64,000 bases of DNA, from NCBI GenBank assembly GCA_964019425.1, contig OZ025791.1:558001-622000 (forward strand), in the 5' to 3' direction. The notes below the pieces were generated by a model. The model did no database searches. It had not been told where the DNA came from and saw only the letters and a program-made list of their open reading frames with translations. The position numbers were made by a program, and so were the translations under genes. The stretch comes from Flectonema sp. DT1601 (lineage: Eukaryota). Below, piece after piece: positions 1 through 14,062 of this stretch. Position 1 is the first letter of the stretch; each line of letters opens with the position of its first letter.

Positions 1-133
1 TTTTTTTTTTTTTTTTGTGTCCGAGGTCATATGAGTAGAGAAGCTGCACATTATTTAAAAGTGTTGTAAGGCAAAACAAATTATAAACAAGCAATGGGAA
101 ATACGAAGAGAAGATGTGATGGTTGAATAATAA

Positions 134-673
134 TTACCCGTCAAGTGGTTTGTATGACCCACCGCATTTCTGGCAAATTGGTTTTCCGCTAGGATCGTCA
201 TCGTGGTATCTGTCGTTATCTCTCATTCCAGCACCACATTTGCCGCATTTAAAACAAGTCAAGTGAAATTGAACGATTTTTCCTCTCCAAGGGATGTCCT
301 TTGCTTGTCCTTTGATTTCTTGTTGGCAACCCATGCAGTGTTTTGCGATATGATTCTCGTGAGATTTAACTTGACGCCATCCACCAGTTACAGTCTTCTT
401 TGCTTCTTGATCGATATAAGACTGAGAGCATGCAGCATGCATTGGTTTGTCGACACCAGATTTTATTTTATGAATCGCAAAAACACGTTCGCCATTCGCG
501 TCGAGATCGAACTCTTTTGCACAATTATAACATCTAAAACAGTGGGAATGCCAATCCATGTCCATTGCCTCCATTATTTTTTCTCCATCATCAAACTCTA
601 AGTGACAACCACTGCATCTGTCGGTATCACCATTGTGGTCAAATGCATCAACGCTTTTTATTGCACCAGCCAT
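134..673 (-). CDS. Two-LIM-domain protein
   Basis: Two Cys/His zinc-finger patterns: CxxC..WHxxCFRCxxC..HxxC and CxxC..FHxxCFKCxxC..CxxC. Confidence 0.85.
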   Translation of the reverse strand: MAGAIKSVDAFDHNGDTDRCSGCHLEFDDGEKIMEAMDMDWHSHCFRCYNCAKEFDLDANGERVFAIHKIKSGVDKPMHAACSQSYIDQEAKKTVTGGWRQVKSHENHIAKHCMGCQQEIKGQAKDIPWRGKIVQFHLTCFKCGKCGAGMRDNDRYHDDDPSGKPICQKCGGSYKPLDG

Positions 674-2513
674 ATGTTTTATTTACTTATTGGGTTAAGT
701 CTGTTATAAAATAATTAAAAACATTAAATTGATATTTATTTCGATTCATCTTTTATTGTGCATACGCAAAGCAAGAAAATGTTTCTTTTTTTTTTTTTTT
801 TTGCTGTTGTTGTTGTTTTTTTTTGACCATAATAAAGTACAGAAAGCTGAAAGACGGACTCACCCAAACCTTCTTTTTAACTCGTACGATTTACTAAAGG
901 TGTAGAAAAGATTATTTTGGATGAGTAAAAAGAGGTGATTTTCATGTACATTAAACACGCTGAGAATTTAATTAAAAATTCTCAGCGTTTTTTTAAAAGC
1001 ATTTTTTTTTTTTTTTTTTTTTTTTTTTCCCCGTCGGATGTGACATCTATTAATAGTAACGGCTGTCAACCAACTCTTGTTGCTTTGAGGAAAGGGAGAG
1101 GGGGAAAGAAGTGTTTTGCACACCTAAAAAATGGTCGGTTACCCTACCGTCTACTATATAGGCATACTTCAGTAAGTGACACTTTTCAACACCGTTAGAA
1201 CTAACATCTGTACAAAGTAGCAGCAAACTAGTACGCGACACATTGCAAAGGGTCTATAGAAATACGATTCAAAAAAAAAAAAAAAAAAAAGTAAAGTAAA
1301 GTAAAGTAAAGACGCATTGAATGAAGCAATAGAAATAAAAGAATATTCGCTTTTTTTTTTTTTTTTTTTTTTCCTTTTTTTTGTTGTTTTTTCCCCTCCC
1401 CAATTTTTTATTTTCTTTCCAATTGTTCCCGTGCCGCGTTTGCACGTCTTTTTTCTCCAGCACGGTGCTGGAGGGCAATAACAAAGTAAAGAACGAAGTT
1501 GAATAAAACGGTATCAAAGTCATTTTCCGTGAGGTTCACGTTGATGTTTGCCCAACGTTGTTTCACTTCTGGGAATTTATTTCATGCAGAAAAGAGATAG
1601 CTACGCTGTGGCACCTCACTCATTTCGCAATATCTTTCATTCACTTTTATAATATTACAAATATTATATTCTTTTTTGTTTTTTTTGCTGAAAACTTTTT
1701 TTTTTTTTTTTTCTAAAATAAAAAAATAAAAAAAAATAAGTAAGATAATAATAACTGTAATCATGCCATTCAGACGCTGTTGAGGTGAGGCTGAACAATT
1801 GACACACATATTTTTTTTCCCTCCCCCCCTTTCACTTTACTTTATGTGTTGCCATGGTCAACTACCGCCGAACAGTACAATACTACGAAGTGGTGGGGGT
1901 GAAGAAATAGGATTGGGGAATATTGAACGAGAAAATCTCTTTTTTATTTTTATTTTATTGTTGCTACTATTTGCTTTCTCTGAGGAGACATAACTGGTAA
2001 TTACACGAAGAGAGAAACAAGGGGGGGATTTAATACTATACGAAAAGGATAAAGGGGTGTGAAACTTTGACAATGTAAAACAAAATTAATATCAAGTACT
2101 TGACTGAAAAAATATTTGTTAATAGGTGCTAGTCAAAGAAAAGGTACGTTTAGAAAAAAAAAGAAAAATATAAAGGGAAAATTATATTTTTTTTGTCTTA
2201 TTGACCAGAAGACGTTGTCGAATCTGGTTCAGGGACCACGTATTATCAAAAGGGGAGAGGGGGTGTGAAGGAGAGAGAGGAAAAAATAAAAATAAAAAAA
2301 AAAGACCTAACCCAAACAGTAATTACAAGCAAAATGAAACAACACACCACCACGGTTATCTGGGTTTTGTACATGTTGTAAAAACTCAATGATCACTAAA
2401 AACCATGTCTACCTTCAGTAAACACAATCTCGTTTGAGACAGAAACACGGATAGAAAATGGGAATTTTTTTTTTTTTTTTTTTTGAGCGAATCAGCAGTC
2501 AGATACGTTTCAT

Positions 2514-3472
2514 TTAAAGAGTGTCATATCCACTTTTTTCTCTTCTCGGACCACCCTTGCAACTTGCGACCAGACAAACCTGTTGTTTTTAATTAATTTA
2601 GTCTTCTTATTGGTTTTCTAAATTAAGTAAACAAAAGATGAATTATTACATACAATTACTAAAAGTAAAACACCTGCGATAGCTCCCACCATGAGGGGCA
2701 TTTTATCATTTATGTAGCTGTGGACGGCAGTGTAGCAAGTTTTTGTTGAATCTTGGTAGATAAGTGGATTACAAACGACCGGGCACTCCTTCTCAACAGG
2801 TTTGGTCTTGTCGCAGTCTTCGACGTTAGGACCACAACATGCGGTCCATCCTGAGCAAGAAAACGAGTCTTGCATTTTACAAATTGCGTTCTTGTCAGAG
2901 TTAACAGCTGATCTCCAAACATTACCAAACTCACTTGTGAACTTACCCTTGTCGAGTAGGATTACAAACACCATACCTGTAGCCACTAACAGCATAAACA
3001 AGATCATAAACGCTGAGTATGTTCTTAATAGACACTTACTAGCACATGTTCCTACGAGTCCTAAGATAGAGACCAGTGCGATTAAGGAACCAAGTCCAAT
3101 AACACCGTAGAAGGCATTTTTACAGTCCGAACAGACATTTTGCCAAGAACTGTCTTTCATGGCGATGACGGCAAGGGTTACAATACCGAGACCGCATAAT
3201 AAAAAGATAATGTTGAAAATGATGAGAGTAATGTTTGGACAACCACGACAAGCAGATTGCCCCCTTGGCTTTTCAACTCTGTAAGCAGCAGGCTCATGCT
3301 CTTCAAAACCAGTAGCGTTGGTAGACTTAGCTGGAGCAGTCGCCAGTACCTCAGTAATCCAACCAGCTGTTGCGTCCTCCTCTATTGAGTACCTTCTTCC
3401 TTTTGGTGCATCAGATCCTCCCTTGGCACCTCCGTAGTTCGATCCGGCGTACGAGCTAGTTCCGTAATCCAT
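2514..3472 (-). CDS. Tetraspanin family protein (2 exons: 3472-2654, 2579-2514)
   Basis: Four hydrophobic helices and a Cys-rich large loop (FSCSGW..CCG). The GTATGT..CAG intron 2653-2580 restores an in-frame C-terminus VCLVASCKGG..DTL*. Confidence 0.8.
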
Positions 3473-4946
3473 TTTGACTCTTTAAATTTATTTTCTGTGA
3501 AATAAAAAGAAATCAAACACACAAAATAAGAATCCAAACCATCCTCTCATCAGCCCTGTAAATAAATACAATAATCAATAAGGAAGTCGCCATACCAACT
3601 CGTAATTCGTAAATAACGGCAAATAAAGACCAATAGCCACATAGAAACGAACTCTTTTGGAAGAGCTTTCAACAAGCAATAAAGATGCTTTCTTGACAGC
3701 AAAGGTGAGGAGACAAAAGGGAATAAACAAATATTGGAAAAGCAAACCAATCTAGTGCAAATACCACGATAGTAATGTCTTCGCGAGTCGTGCGCTGAAG
3801 ACAGCTGTAGTGGTTAAATTGACAAGAGAGAAGGCTGTTTTGAAAAGAAATTATAAAGGGGAGAAGTAGGAACATATTTAAAAAAAAAAAATAAAAATAA
3901 AAAAAGGCTTTTCCCTTCAAAACGTTCTCACGTTGATGTGATCATTACTCCTATTGAAGAATATAGAAAAGTATGCTTGCGTTTTTTTTTTTTTTTTTTT
4001 TTTTTTTTTCTTATTTCCTCTCCTACTCTCTCCACGCTCATCGCGCGAAAGCAAAAAAAATCCATTGACCAAGAGACTGAAAAACAGCTAATATCAGTGG
4101 ATGCTACAGAGCAATAACGAGTCGCATTATAAATTATTAATCAACGGGAGGGCAAACTACTTTAGGTGCAAAAAGAAATTGGAAAGGGCACCCATAAAGT
4201 AAAAAGTACCTAATAAGACTAAACTAATACAATCAAAGCAAGTTTGAGAAGAAAAAAAAAAGGTATGGCTCTGATCACAAAGGGATAGCGTAGCAAAATA
4301 ATGTTTCAAAAACAATTCAGATTGTCTTTATCCAACAAACTTGCGTACGCAACACAACACATATCGCCAAAGGGGTAATAGACGCGCAATTAACTGAATC
4401 AAAACAAAGATGCACATAGAAAAGGGAAACCGCAACAAAAAGAAATAGTAGGGCCTGTTTAGCAACTACAAAAAAAGAGAATACCTTTTTATTATAATAT
4501 TGTAAAAAACATTAAAAAAAAAAAATATAATTTTTACGCGGAAAAATACAGAAAAAAAAGAGAAAAAAAAACAGAACAACCGCCTGCTGGCAATAATAAA
4601 AGAAAAATAATGACGAGAATAAATTCATTTTTTTTTTTTTTTTATTATGATGTAAGTCATTCTTCAAAGATAATTTTAAAACAACTGCACCCGCTGCTTC
4701 TAGTCTACTAGTTAACAACCACCCAAGGCAGTAAAAAAAAAAAGGGAAAACCTACAGATCCACCCCCAGGTTTGGAGAAACGTATACTACGGTCACGGCT
4801 TTGTGGAACTTTTTTGACCCTTTTTCCAAATCGACAGCCCTCTATTCTGGGCGAAGTTTTTTTCAAATCCGTGATAGCGCAGTGGTGTTGGTGCCGGACT
4901 GAAGGTAGGGGTTGTAGATTAATCTACGTGAGAGGAGTTGCATTAT

Positions 4947-6194
4947 TTATATCAAATCCGTATCGGGTAAGATATCTGTAGACTCAAGAGGACCGTATTC
5001 AGAAGACAGCGCTTCAGAATCAACCTCTGGAACAGCATCAACATTCGGAAGATCTCGAGGTGTTAATGGTGGTTGTTGTCGTTTTCGTGGAAATCGAAGA
5101 GATGTCGTAGCAGCTGAAAGATGAGATAAATGCGACGTCAGCATAGCAAGTTTATTTCCAGATAAAACTGATAATCCTGATTGTATACCTGTTCCACTAT
5201 TACAAGCAACTTCCTCATCAGGTTGACCGGCTAACCAGGGATGCTCTAACAACTCTGAAGACCTCGCACGTTCACGAAAATCCCGAGTCAAACACGCAAT
5301 TAAAAACGATTTTGCTTCTTGAGAAAGTGAATTAGGCAAAGTAAATTTATCATACAATATACCAGCAAACAATTCCTCAGGACAAGGTATTAAATATGAT
5401 GATCGTTGAAATGGATGTTTACCAGTAAGTAATATATAAGCAAGGATTCCTATTGACCAAACATCACAACGTTCATCAAAAGGAGTTCCTTTTCCACCTA
5501 AGTGATAAACTATTACTATTTCAGGAGCGGCAAAGTATGGTGTTCCAGCGATAGCAGTGACATCAGACTTTCCTTTTGTAAATCTTGTCAGAGAACCGAA
5601 ATCGATCAGTTTTATATCAGAGGCCTTTAGACGATCATCAGTGCCAGGTTGTGCTAATAATATATTTGAGGGCTTGATGTCCATGTGAGCAACACCATTA
5701 TTGTGTAGGTGAGTCACAGCCCTAGTTAGTCCTTTTATAATTACGCCAACAGTTTCTTCAGAGTAAAAAGTTCTGCCTGAGAGAGCATAACAAACTTCAC
5801 CACCAGTAAAATACTGATAAATGAGTACTGTTTTTGATTTACATTCGTAAGAGTCGACCATTGCCATGACGTTTTGATGACGCGATAGACTTCCTCCTTC
5901 CAACTCGCTCATTATTTGTTTTCGTTTAACTTTCGTGTCTTTTGTTAAAATTTTTGCAGCGTATATCTTTCCGTTATCGTTCAATCGTTTTCGACAAGCA
6001 ACTACAATTCCAAACTCTCCTTCTCCTATTAACTTTCCCGTTAACTCATACTCTTCAAGAAATTCAGGAACTTCACTGCTAAGTAGCCGGGCATCAATTA
6101 AACCAATATTGTTATGCTTTCCTCTTATGGAAGTGTTTCGTACTCCTCTGGTTGGTCTTCCCCCACCCGGCGGAACTGAATTGCAGCATCCCAT
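4947..6194 (-). CDS. CAMK-group Ser/Thr protein kinase with predicted N-terminal acylation (MGCC)
   Basis: GEGEFG, AAK, HMDIKPSN, DFG, APE and DVWSIG motifs. The start is placed at the ATG downstream of the U-rich CAG acceptor at 6214-6216. Confidence 0.9.
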   Translation of the reverse strand: MGCCNSVPPGGGRPTRGVRNTSIRGKHNNIGLIDARLLSSEVPEFLEEYELTGKLIGEGEFGIVVACRKRLNDNGKIYAAKILTKDTKVKRKQIMSELEGGSLSRHQNVMAMVDSYECKSKTVLIYQYFTGGEVCYALSGRTFYSEETVGVIIKGLTRAVTHLHNNGVAHMDIKPSNILLAQPGTDDRLKASDIKLIDFGSLTRFTKGKSDVTAIAGTPYFAAPEIVIVYHLGGKGTPFDERCDVWSIGILAYILLTGKHPFQRSSYLIPCPEELFAGILYDKFTLPNSLSQEAKSFLIACLTRDFRERARSSELLEHPWLAGQPDEEVACNSGTGIQSGLSVLSGNKLAMLTSHLSHLSAATTSLRFPRKRQQPPLTPRDLPNVDAVPEVDSEALSSEYGPLESTDILPDTDLI

Positions 6195-6533
6195 TTTATT
6201 GCTGCGATGTAATCTGAGAAAAGATAACAAAAATAAAAGATCAAACTAATCTCTCTCAGTCCAAGGAGGAAAAAAATAAGAGATCAAGACATAAGTTTAG
6301 GGAAGTTAGGAAAACAGAAACTCCAACGGAGGAATTGAGAATGAAATGAAACGTTTAAATTATATACAAGAATCGAAATACTATTCATGTGTAGGCTTTG
6401 TAAGCTGCTGGTAAACATTCAACATAAAGGTTTGATGCAAAGACAAACCGTAATAATTAAATTATAAATCTGAAATATTCCTTCAACAGTGAATCAATCA
6501 CTGAGACGTCACCTTAGTTGACAACAATAGATT

Positions 6534-6887
6534 TTAAAGCTCATCTCCCTCGAAACCTGTATAGGTTTCTGAGTATCCCATTGCTGTTACGAACTTCTCC
6601 ACTGATTTTCTATTTCTTGCGGTCCATCTCAGATAAGGATCCTTTAATCCAACGTAGTTCAGAATGTTCAGAGGACCGACTGTTTGAATTATCTGTTTGT
6701 TTGTTGTTGTTTTTTTTGTTTGTTTCTCCCCACACACGCGCAAATGACGCTATAAACATAATACCCAACATACATATTGCGCGCAGACTATAAAAATAGC
6801 GAAACTCACAACAAATTGCATTCGTTGTTTCATTCCATATCGAGGAAGCTCATTTCGGTACGTCCTGCGGTGTTCCTTTGGTGGCAT
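6534..6887 (-). CDS. Small 90-aa single-TM protein (2 exons: 6887-6774, 6692-6534), not assembled by the ORF track
   Basis: Exon 1 is 38 codons (MPPKEHRRTYRNELPRYGMKQRMQFVVSFAIFIVCAQY) and ends at GTATGT. An 81-nt intron ends AACAAACAAACAG. The phase-0 join gives IIQTVGPL...GDEL*. Confidence 0.75.
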
Positions 6888-8891
6888 CGTTACTATCGTC
6901 TGTTTGCTAAGAAAAGCTTTAAAATAGAATAAAATACACTATTAAGGTGATCAGATTGAAATATCTTTTTATTATTCATTTTGTGTCCTGTGAAATCGTG
7001 ACAAATATTTAAAAAAACAAATAACCAGACTATCAAAACAGATGTTGCAAACAGGGTAAGGGAGACGCTCTCCGTGTATTGCTTTATTTCCTTCACAAGT
7101 GTTTTGTTTTGTTGAACAAAACAAAACAACAAGTGACGTACCTAAAGGCACCACTTACTTAGGCAATCCAGGAAAAGCGTTCTTGTGTTTAGATATAAAA
7201 GAGAAGGAAAAACAAAGGAAGGGGAGAAAAAAAAAAAAAAAAAAGGGAATGCGATTTGGAGAGAAAATTAAAGGAATAGGAATAAATAAATAAAATAAAG
7301 TAGGGGGGGGGAAGGGAAAGCGTGATATGAAAACCAACAACAAAGTATGTCCAAGAAATGTTAATCGCGAAGTCAATCAACCCGGACTGACTTGTGTTTG
7401 TAGTCGTGTATAAATAATTCCCACAGTAAATAACCTAGACTATATAATTACTTCCTTTTCGGTTGCTGTTTTTTTTCTTTTTTTTAAAAGTGGTGCATTA
7501 TTCATAAAACAATACCCAACAGAACACACGACAGGTAACTATGAAGACCCTGAAGGTGAGATTGTTAATAATATTAAAAAAAAAGCAACAGCTATCAGAA
7601 CATAAGAATAACGTTCTTTTTTTTTCAGCGGTAACTATGTGTAATATAAAAAAGAAAAAACGGTTGTAAATGGGCGGGTAACTTGATAGAAGGTGGGGGT
7701 AGGGAAAAAGGGGGGGGTAATAATAGAACACTGATGAAAGAGAATTGGGTGGGGAAAAACGCGTAATGAAAACTCCTGAAAACACATTTAAAAAATCGCA
7801 TGCATTCCTTTAAAGCATTTCTCTTACCCGGCTAAGCAACTTGATAAGAGTCTTGATTACTAATTAGTCGATTTCTTTACGTAAAGAATACCGAGTAAAA
7901 TAGCGATTACTTTTGCAATATGGAAGACAGAGTTAGCAAGATGCACAGGGCGGAGTAAAAAAAAAAAAAGGGGGGGGTGAAAAAAAATCAATAATTACCA
8001 CTTATTCATTATCTGCCCATGCGTGAACGCTCCTCGAGTGCGAAACCATTTAAGGTTTCCTAAGATAGGTTTGTACGTTTTCCTCTTTAACTAACTAGCC
8101 TACCATCCGCAATATGTAATTACCTCAGGTAACAACGTCTTTCTCTGAACAGTTGATTTATTGGCTACCAATCAAGGTGTTCGCCACTAGAGAGTTGGTA
8201 ACGGGAGATAGGGAAATACAACATCAAAAGTGTTGAACATTTAATGGGATAGGAGACGAGTGCATTATTTAAATATAAAAAAAAAATAATAATAAAAGAA
8301 GAAGAAGAAAAATTTACTATAATAGAAATCTCCGACACATCAAAATTTTTTCAGAATTAGGGTAATTCTTTTCTCTTGCTCCATGCTAAAGTGATAGCAA
8401 GGTGTCATAAAATAGTGGATCTCAAAACAAAATGAAATCCTTAAATACACAAAAATAAATTGGAAAAAAGAATCAAACGAATCGTGTGAAAAGACTACTT
8501 TAAGGGAGGGGGTCTGGGCGTCACCTTAGAAAAGAGCGACAAAACAGTGTTTGAAGTAACAATTTAACGTCAACGAAGGGGTCGGGATATTGGATAAATT
8601 CTTTTTATGCATTAAATCCACACACGTGAAAGGTCACTGTCATTCTCGGCAGTGGATTTAACAACCCTTGCGGGTATTAGCTATTTTTTTTTACTTTTAT
8701 TCGCTTGCAGTATCTACAATGATACTCACAAAGTATTCTGGGGCTACCTCTTTTGGGGAAGCACTCATCTCACCCTCGCGAACAACCCTCCCGGGTTGTA
8801 ACGAAAAAATGAGACTGCTGTCTGTTTGCACGATAACAGCGACTACATTATTTTAACTCTTAAGAAAGAAAAAAAATAATAACCAAAAGGG

Positions 8892-8925
<34 letters not shown>

Positions 8926-11900
8926 TACATAAAGTCAAAATAATATACACAGAATTATCGTGTTTTTTTAAAAGAAATATAAAGTAAAACAGAAACTGAG
9001 CACACCCACTTGAGGTGACAGTATGATCTGAAGACATCTCTCGGTGAAAGGAACAGGGTAGGCAAGGTTTATATTTGTGTACGTTCGAAACGTACAGGAA
9101 TAATGTTAACGGACATATAAAAAATATAATAAAAAAGAAATCCCTACGAGTACCAATCAAATAAGAATGCAAAATTGCATCTGCTTAAAATAAAAGAAAG
9201 GATTTCGCGAATAGTGCAGCACGAAGTGTAAAGACACTAATAACGTCTGCTATATATCACAACAGCCAATGCAACTAGCACACTATAGAAAGAAAATGCC
9301 CTACTGCTGCTTAACAAATTTCATTGTTAGGCGACCATTGGGTCAAATGCTAAGGTTAGCCTGAAACAAAGAAAACCAAACGACTTCTGTGATAAGGGTT
9401 ATCTGTTGTTGGGAAATTATCTTTTTTTTTTTTCGTTCTTATGCTTGTCATACCAGAACAGACTCGTTGCCTTACGAGAAAACCGGATTAATTCATATAG
9501 TCGTGAGACTCTAATGATGTCACAACTTTTCTTGTAACCCGTGGTAGGCTTTAATAGCTGCGATGGCTCCTTTTTTATGAACTCTTTTTGTGTGTTTGCA
9601 CCAGCTAAAGAAACGCGTTTTTTACTTGCTAATGCACACGGTGATAGACTTAACAAGAAATAAGTGAGAAACAGAACGTATCCGACATGGAATTTTACTT
9701 ACTTTCTATCTGGTGCGAGAACGGATTACCTAACTAGAAAATTCACTTCAAAAAGAAATATAAAGAATGTATACTCTGTTGTTGCTTCGTAGATTTGATT
9801 ATTATTATTATTTTTTTTTTTTTTTTAATTTTTTTTTTTTTCTTCCTTTCTCTTTTTTAAGAAAAGAAAAAACTACAATTAGAAAAAAAAAAAAAAAAAA
9901 AAAAAACATCAAAATAATTACACAACGAAATTGTTATCTGATTCCTATCTTCCTTTAGAGGAAACAGGAAGTCTCAATCGATATGCACCAATGCAAAACA
10001 CAAAAAAAAAAGAAAGAAAAAAAATGAACATTCCAATCAACAATTGCTCACTAACAATAAAAGAAAGAAAGCGATCGCTGCGCAGGCTTTCTGCCGTATG
10101 CGCATTACGGTGTCTGAATAGTTTTGTGTACTTCTTTGATTTACCGATTTGAGGGTAGTGACTGAACACTACATTAATAAAATAAATGAAAAAAAAAAAA
10201 AAAAAAATGATAAAAACCATATTACAATAAAAATTACACCACAAACTGAGAATACAACACATAAATTAAAAAAGAAAAAAGTATTCTTTTGCCGACGCGT
10301 TATATTTATGGCTTCTGAGCACAGAGTATTTTATTTCTTTTATGATTTTATCGGGAAAAAAAAAAAGATTTTTTTTTTTTTTAAAAATAAAAAGCCTAGA
10401 AATCCAGAAAAAGAGTGAACAACACAGGACACCATCCAGAATAAAGCTTAATTTCCCCAAGAATAATCTTTAAATAAAAATAAAATAAAAATTCAAAATC
10501 CAACCCCCTCCTTTTTTTATTATTTTGCTAATGCCGCAAAATAACATAAAAAAATAACAAAATAAAGAGAATACAATACCGGTATGAAGACAGACGGTTA
10601 CCTGGGCTGAGGATTTATCCTTCAGTCTGTGGATAAGATAGCATATGAGATTATTAAAAAAAATGCATTTTCGAGAAAAGAAAAAAAAAAAAAAAAATAT
10701 ATATATAAGAATAGTGAAAACATTAAATAAATTGTTCTGCTGTTTTTAAATTAGTTAGTTTGTTATTTAATCCAACGTTGCTGTACATTATGAGTGCTAG
10801 GTAACTCACAGCAACTAATCCGTTACTGCTTCCGAAGACTCAGTGGATAGTTGAATTAGCTTTCAACTGAAGGAATATAATATAAATAGAAAAATGAAAG
10901 TATCGCTATTTAAAAAAAAGTTTTTTTTTGTCAAGAAAAAAAAAAAAAAAAAACGCACTACTGCGAATTTGTTTGGTTAGATTAAAGAAAAATAAGGGGG
11001 AAAAAAACAAGGGAAAGATTTATTTCTTATTTATTTTTGCTTTTTTATATATAAAAATCCGACAGACCTTCGATGCCTTAATGGACACCATGATTAAAAA
11101 GTTTTTTTTGCTTGTTTGTTTACTTAAATGTGTAATGACATAAAAAAAAGGGGGACAAGGCGTAGCCTTGTCTAATAACAAATTACTGAGGAGGGAGAGA
11201 ATAGAGAACGAGAGACGATGTCAGGAGTAAGACTAGAATCACATTGCTATCTTCTTAGCCACTTTAAGACTATCGTACACGTCAGGTTTTCATCTTTTGA
11301 GTGCTCGCAAATTAGCAAAAACAAGCGAGCCTTCTAATTCATGAATATCAGTAACTGGACACCTCTTGTCTCACCAATATCGTAACATACACAGGGGTAA
11401 GATTGTGGCGACGCAATGGGATACAGACAGGTAGAATTTTCTGTCCACCACAAGGACCACTTGAGTCGCACAAAAGAAAAAAAAAAATGGGGGGAAATAT
11501 AGATATCGTAAAAAGAGATGTTAATTATTAATTTTATGTTTTTTTTTTTTTCTTGTATTCATGCATATCACAAAAGTACAGCCACAATTACAGCCTTGTA
11601 AGATACGTTACAAGTACAGAAGCAATGAAGCAGGCAAATAAAACTGGGCTTTTCACATAAAACACATGTTCACAATTGGTGCAGCAAGAGACAAGTTTTG
11701 ATGGACTCTTTGTCACTGATTTTATAATTCAGTTTAAAAATCTACGCTCGCTATACCCGCGGCGCATGCAACACCTGAATGACTATAAATAATAGGAAAG
11801 TCGAGGACTGGGGTTGTCTTTACGGCAACCTCCCACAGCAAAAATAATTTTTTTTTTTTTTTTTTTGCTTTTTTTTTGATTCTTTTTAATAGGAGTATCA

Positions 11901-14025
11901 ACATCGGTATAACACTCGATTCTATCCCCCGAGGAGACGTATGAAATTGGTAAGGTATACTAAATGCATAAGACCCACCGCCAGTATATAAGTTAGTATT
12001 AGCTATATTTGAAGGGGGGTTATTACAAATAAATAAATCGTATGGATCAAACAAATAATACTAAAAGATTTTTAAAAGAAAAATTTATTCCGACCCCAGC
12101 CCTCTTCAGCGAAGAAAGCTCATCGTGTTTGTCCTTCTCAGCAAAGGGACAAATTCAACATAGTTACTCTCTCATACTATTCAACACGGTCTACTTAGAT
12201 AACAATCAGCTAATGAGTGGTGCTGAGTTATGTTTAGGAGGGTAGATATAAAAAAAATTAAAAAACCGTTTCCACTCAGGCTCAATTATATTCTAAGAAC
12301 GTGTCGAGTCTCATGGCACTGTCACATTAGTTTGTTACATAATAAATCAATCGTCTGCTTACGATATGAGTTTATTATAAGATAGTTAACATTAAATTAA
12401 AAATATTAAAAAAACAAAATAAAAAAGTTATATAAAAAAAAAAACACAATTTGCTCTGCTGTTTCAGAGCCTTAATCTTTGTCCCTCAGGCCTTGCCTTC
12501 ATCAGTAAGTTCTGGGGACTTCATTCTCAAGGTCCATTTCAAACTGATTTCTTAATGTCCATCGGAGCTCCAGGGCGGGCTATCAATCGCCTAATTAGTT
12601 AGTGTGAAGGCTCATATTAAGCAAAGGGGAATTGAATGCTTGAATTTATAAAATACAAACTGTATTGTATCATAAAACGATAATTTAACATCTGTTAAGG
12701 ATACAATGAACTATGGTGATGCTTAACTTAGCCTTTTGAACTAACTATTAGGTTTCGAGTTTCAAGTTAAAGGGGGAATGAAAGAGGGGAAAAAACGAAA
12801 AGCCCGACCACCTTTTGATATAATTAGCTACTTAGTAGTTAGCAAGTCCATCAGACCACCGAGTATCGGTTAAGTAGACACCCAAAGATTACCGGGTAGC
12901 TATTCGAGGGTCTCCAATACTGCGGTAGAAAGTTGAACCTAATCCCAAGGGGATTACTTTATTAGTTTTGACACAGGGCATAATAGATCAAGAGATCTCT
13001 GTAACGACAATGTCTCCACCTTATAACTATAACTGTGTAGCAAACAGAAGACCAAAAAAAAAAAAAGGTTCAACTTCAAAAGGTACTGTTTTTAATTTTT
13101 TTAGTTTGAAGAAGCATCATACGTAATGATAGTATTCAGTATTTGCATTATCGACTAAATAAGAAGAAGAAAAAAGAATGAGGGAAGGGGAAAAAAAAAA
13201 AAAAAAAAGAAGAAAATAAAAACAACTAGCGAGTTAAAATATAAGAATCATAAAAAAAAGAATAAATAAATTCAGGAGCAGCAGAGAAAACTGTCGTAGC
13301 TCCCAGCGTATGACATCGGCTCTACGTAGTTCATTAAACAAAATCTCCATACACAATGTCGGGTATTGGGTTTGTATCACGTTGAGTTTAATAGTTTAAA
13401 AGAACAAGGAGAGAGAGAAGTGTATGTGTCCCAACCGCTGTTTTCTAATAAATACAATCGCGGTTTTTGCAATTTTTGCACTAAAAAAAAGCCAAAGAGA
13501 AACAGGAGAAGAAACAAACAACGAGGATAACAAAAATAAAGAAGATTTGTGAAGACGGAAAAAAAAAAAACAACTGGCAACGACTGTAGGTTAAATTACT
13601 CAATTTTATTATTTTTTTTTTTTTCCTTTCTTTTTTTTTTTTTTTTTTTTTTTTTTTTCGTTCTTCTTAAAGTTCTTTTTTAAAAAACAAAACAAAAAAA
13701 AAAATTCGGCGCGAATCGAGGCTGAAACTGCGGAATAGCAGTCAGCCAAACACAACACAATATCAGAATTGGGGAGAGGCGAATGGTTAGAAAAATTAAA
13801 ATGTTCATTCCGAATGGAAGAAAAAAATTAGTCAGAAATGTGAAATAGCACAAAAGCAACATAATCTCATGCTTTAACTACTTTATTTATTAATCTGACA
13901 GTGACAGTTGTTCTTAATAAAATGAATAAAATAAGGGGAACACCAAGTAAGTCAGCCTTCTCGAAAGAAAAGGATTTTTTTTTTTTTTTTTTGTTAGATG
14001 TTGCTACCAAAAGCAAACTACTACC

Positions 14026-14062
<37 letters not shown>

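Noticed and set aside
11154..11172. Short hairpins (GACAAGGC-gta-GCCTTGTC; also ~1456, ~37100, ~45057)
   Set aside because: Stems this short are expected by chance in 64 kb, and bacterial terminator logic does not apply here.
12463..12504. TGATGA..CTGA..CTGA on the minus strand
   Set aside because: Only ~41 nt, with no recognisable rRNA guide.
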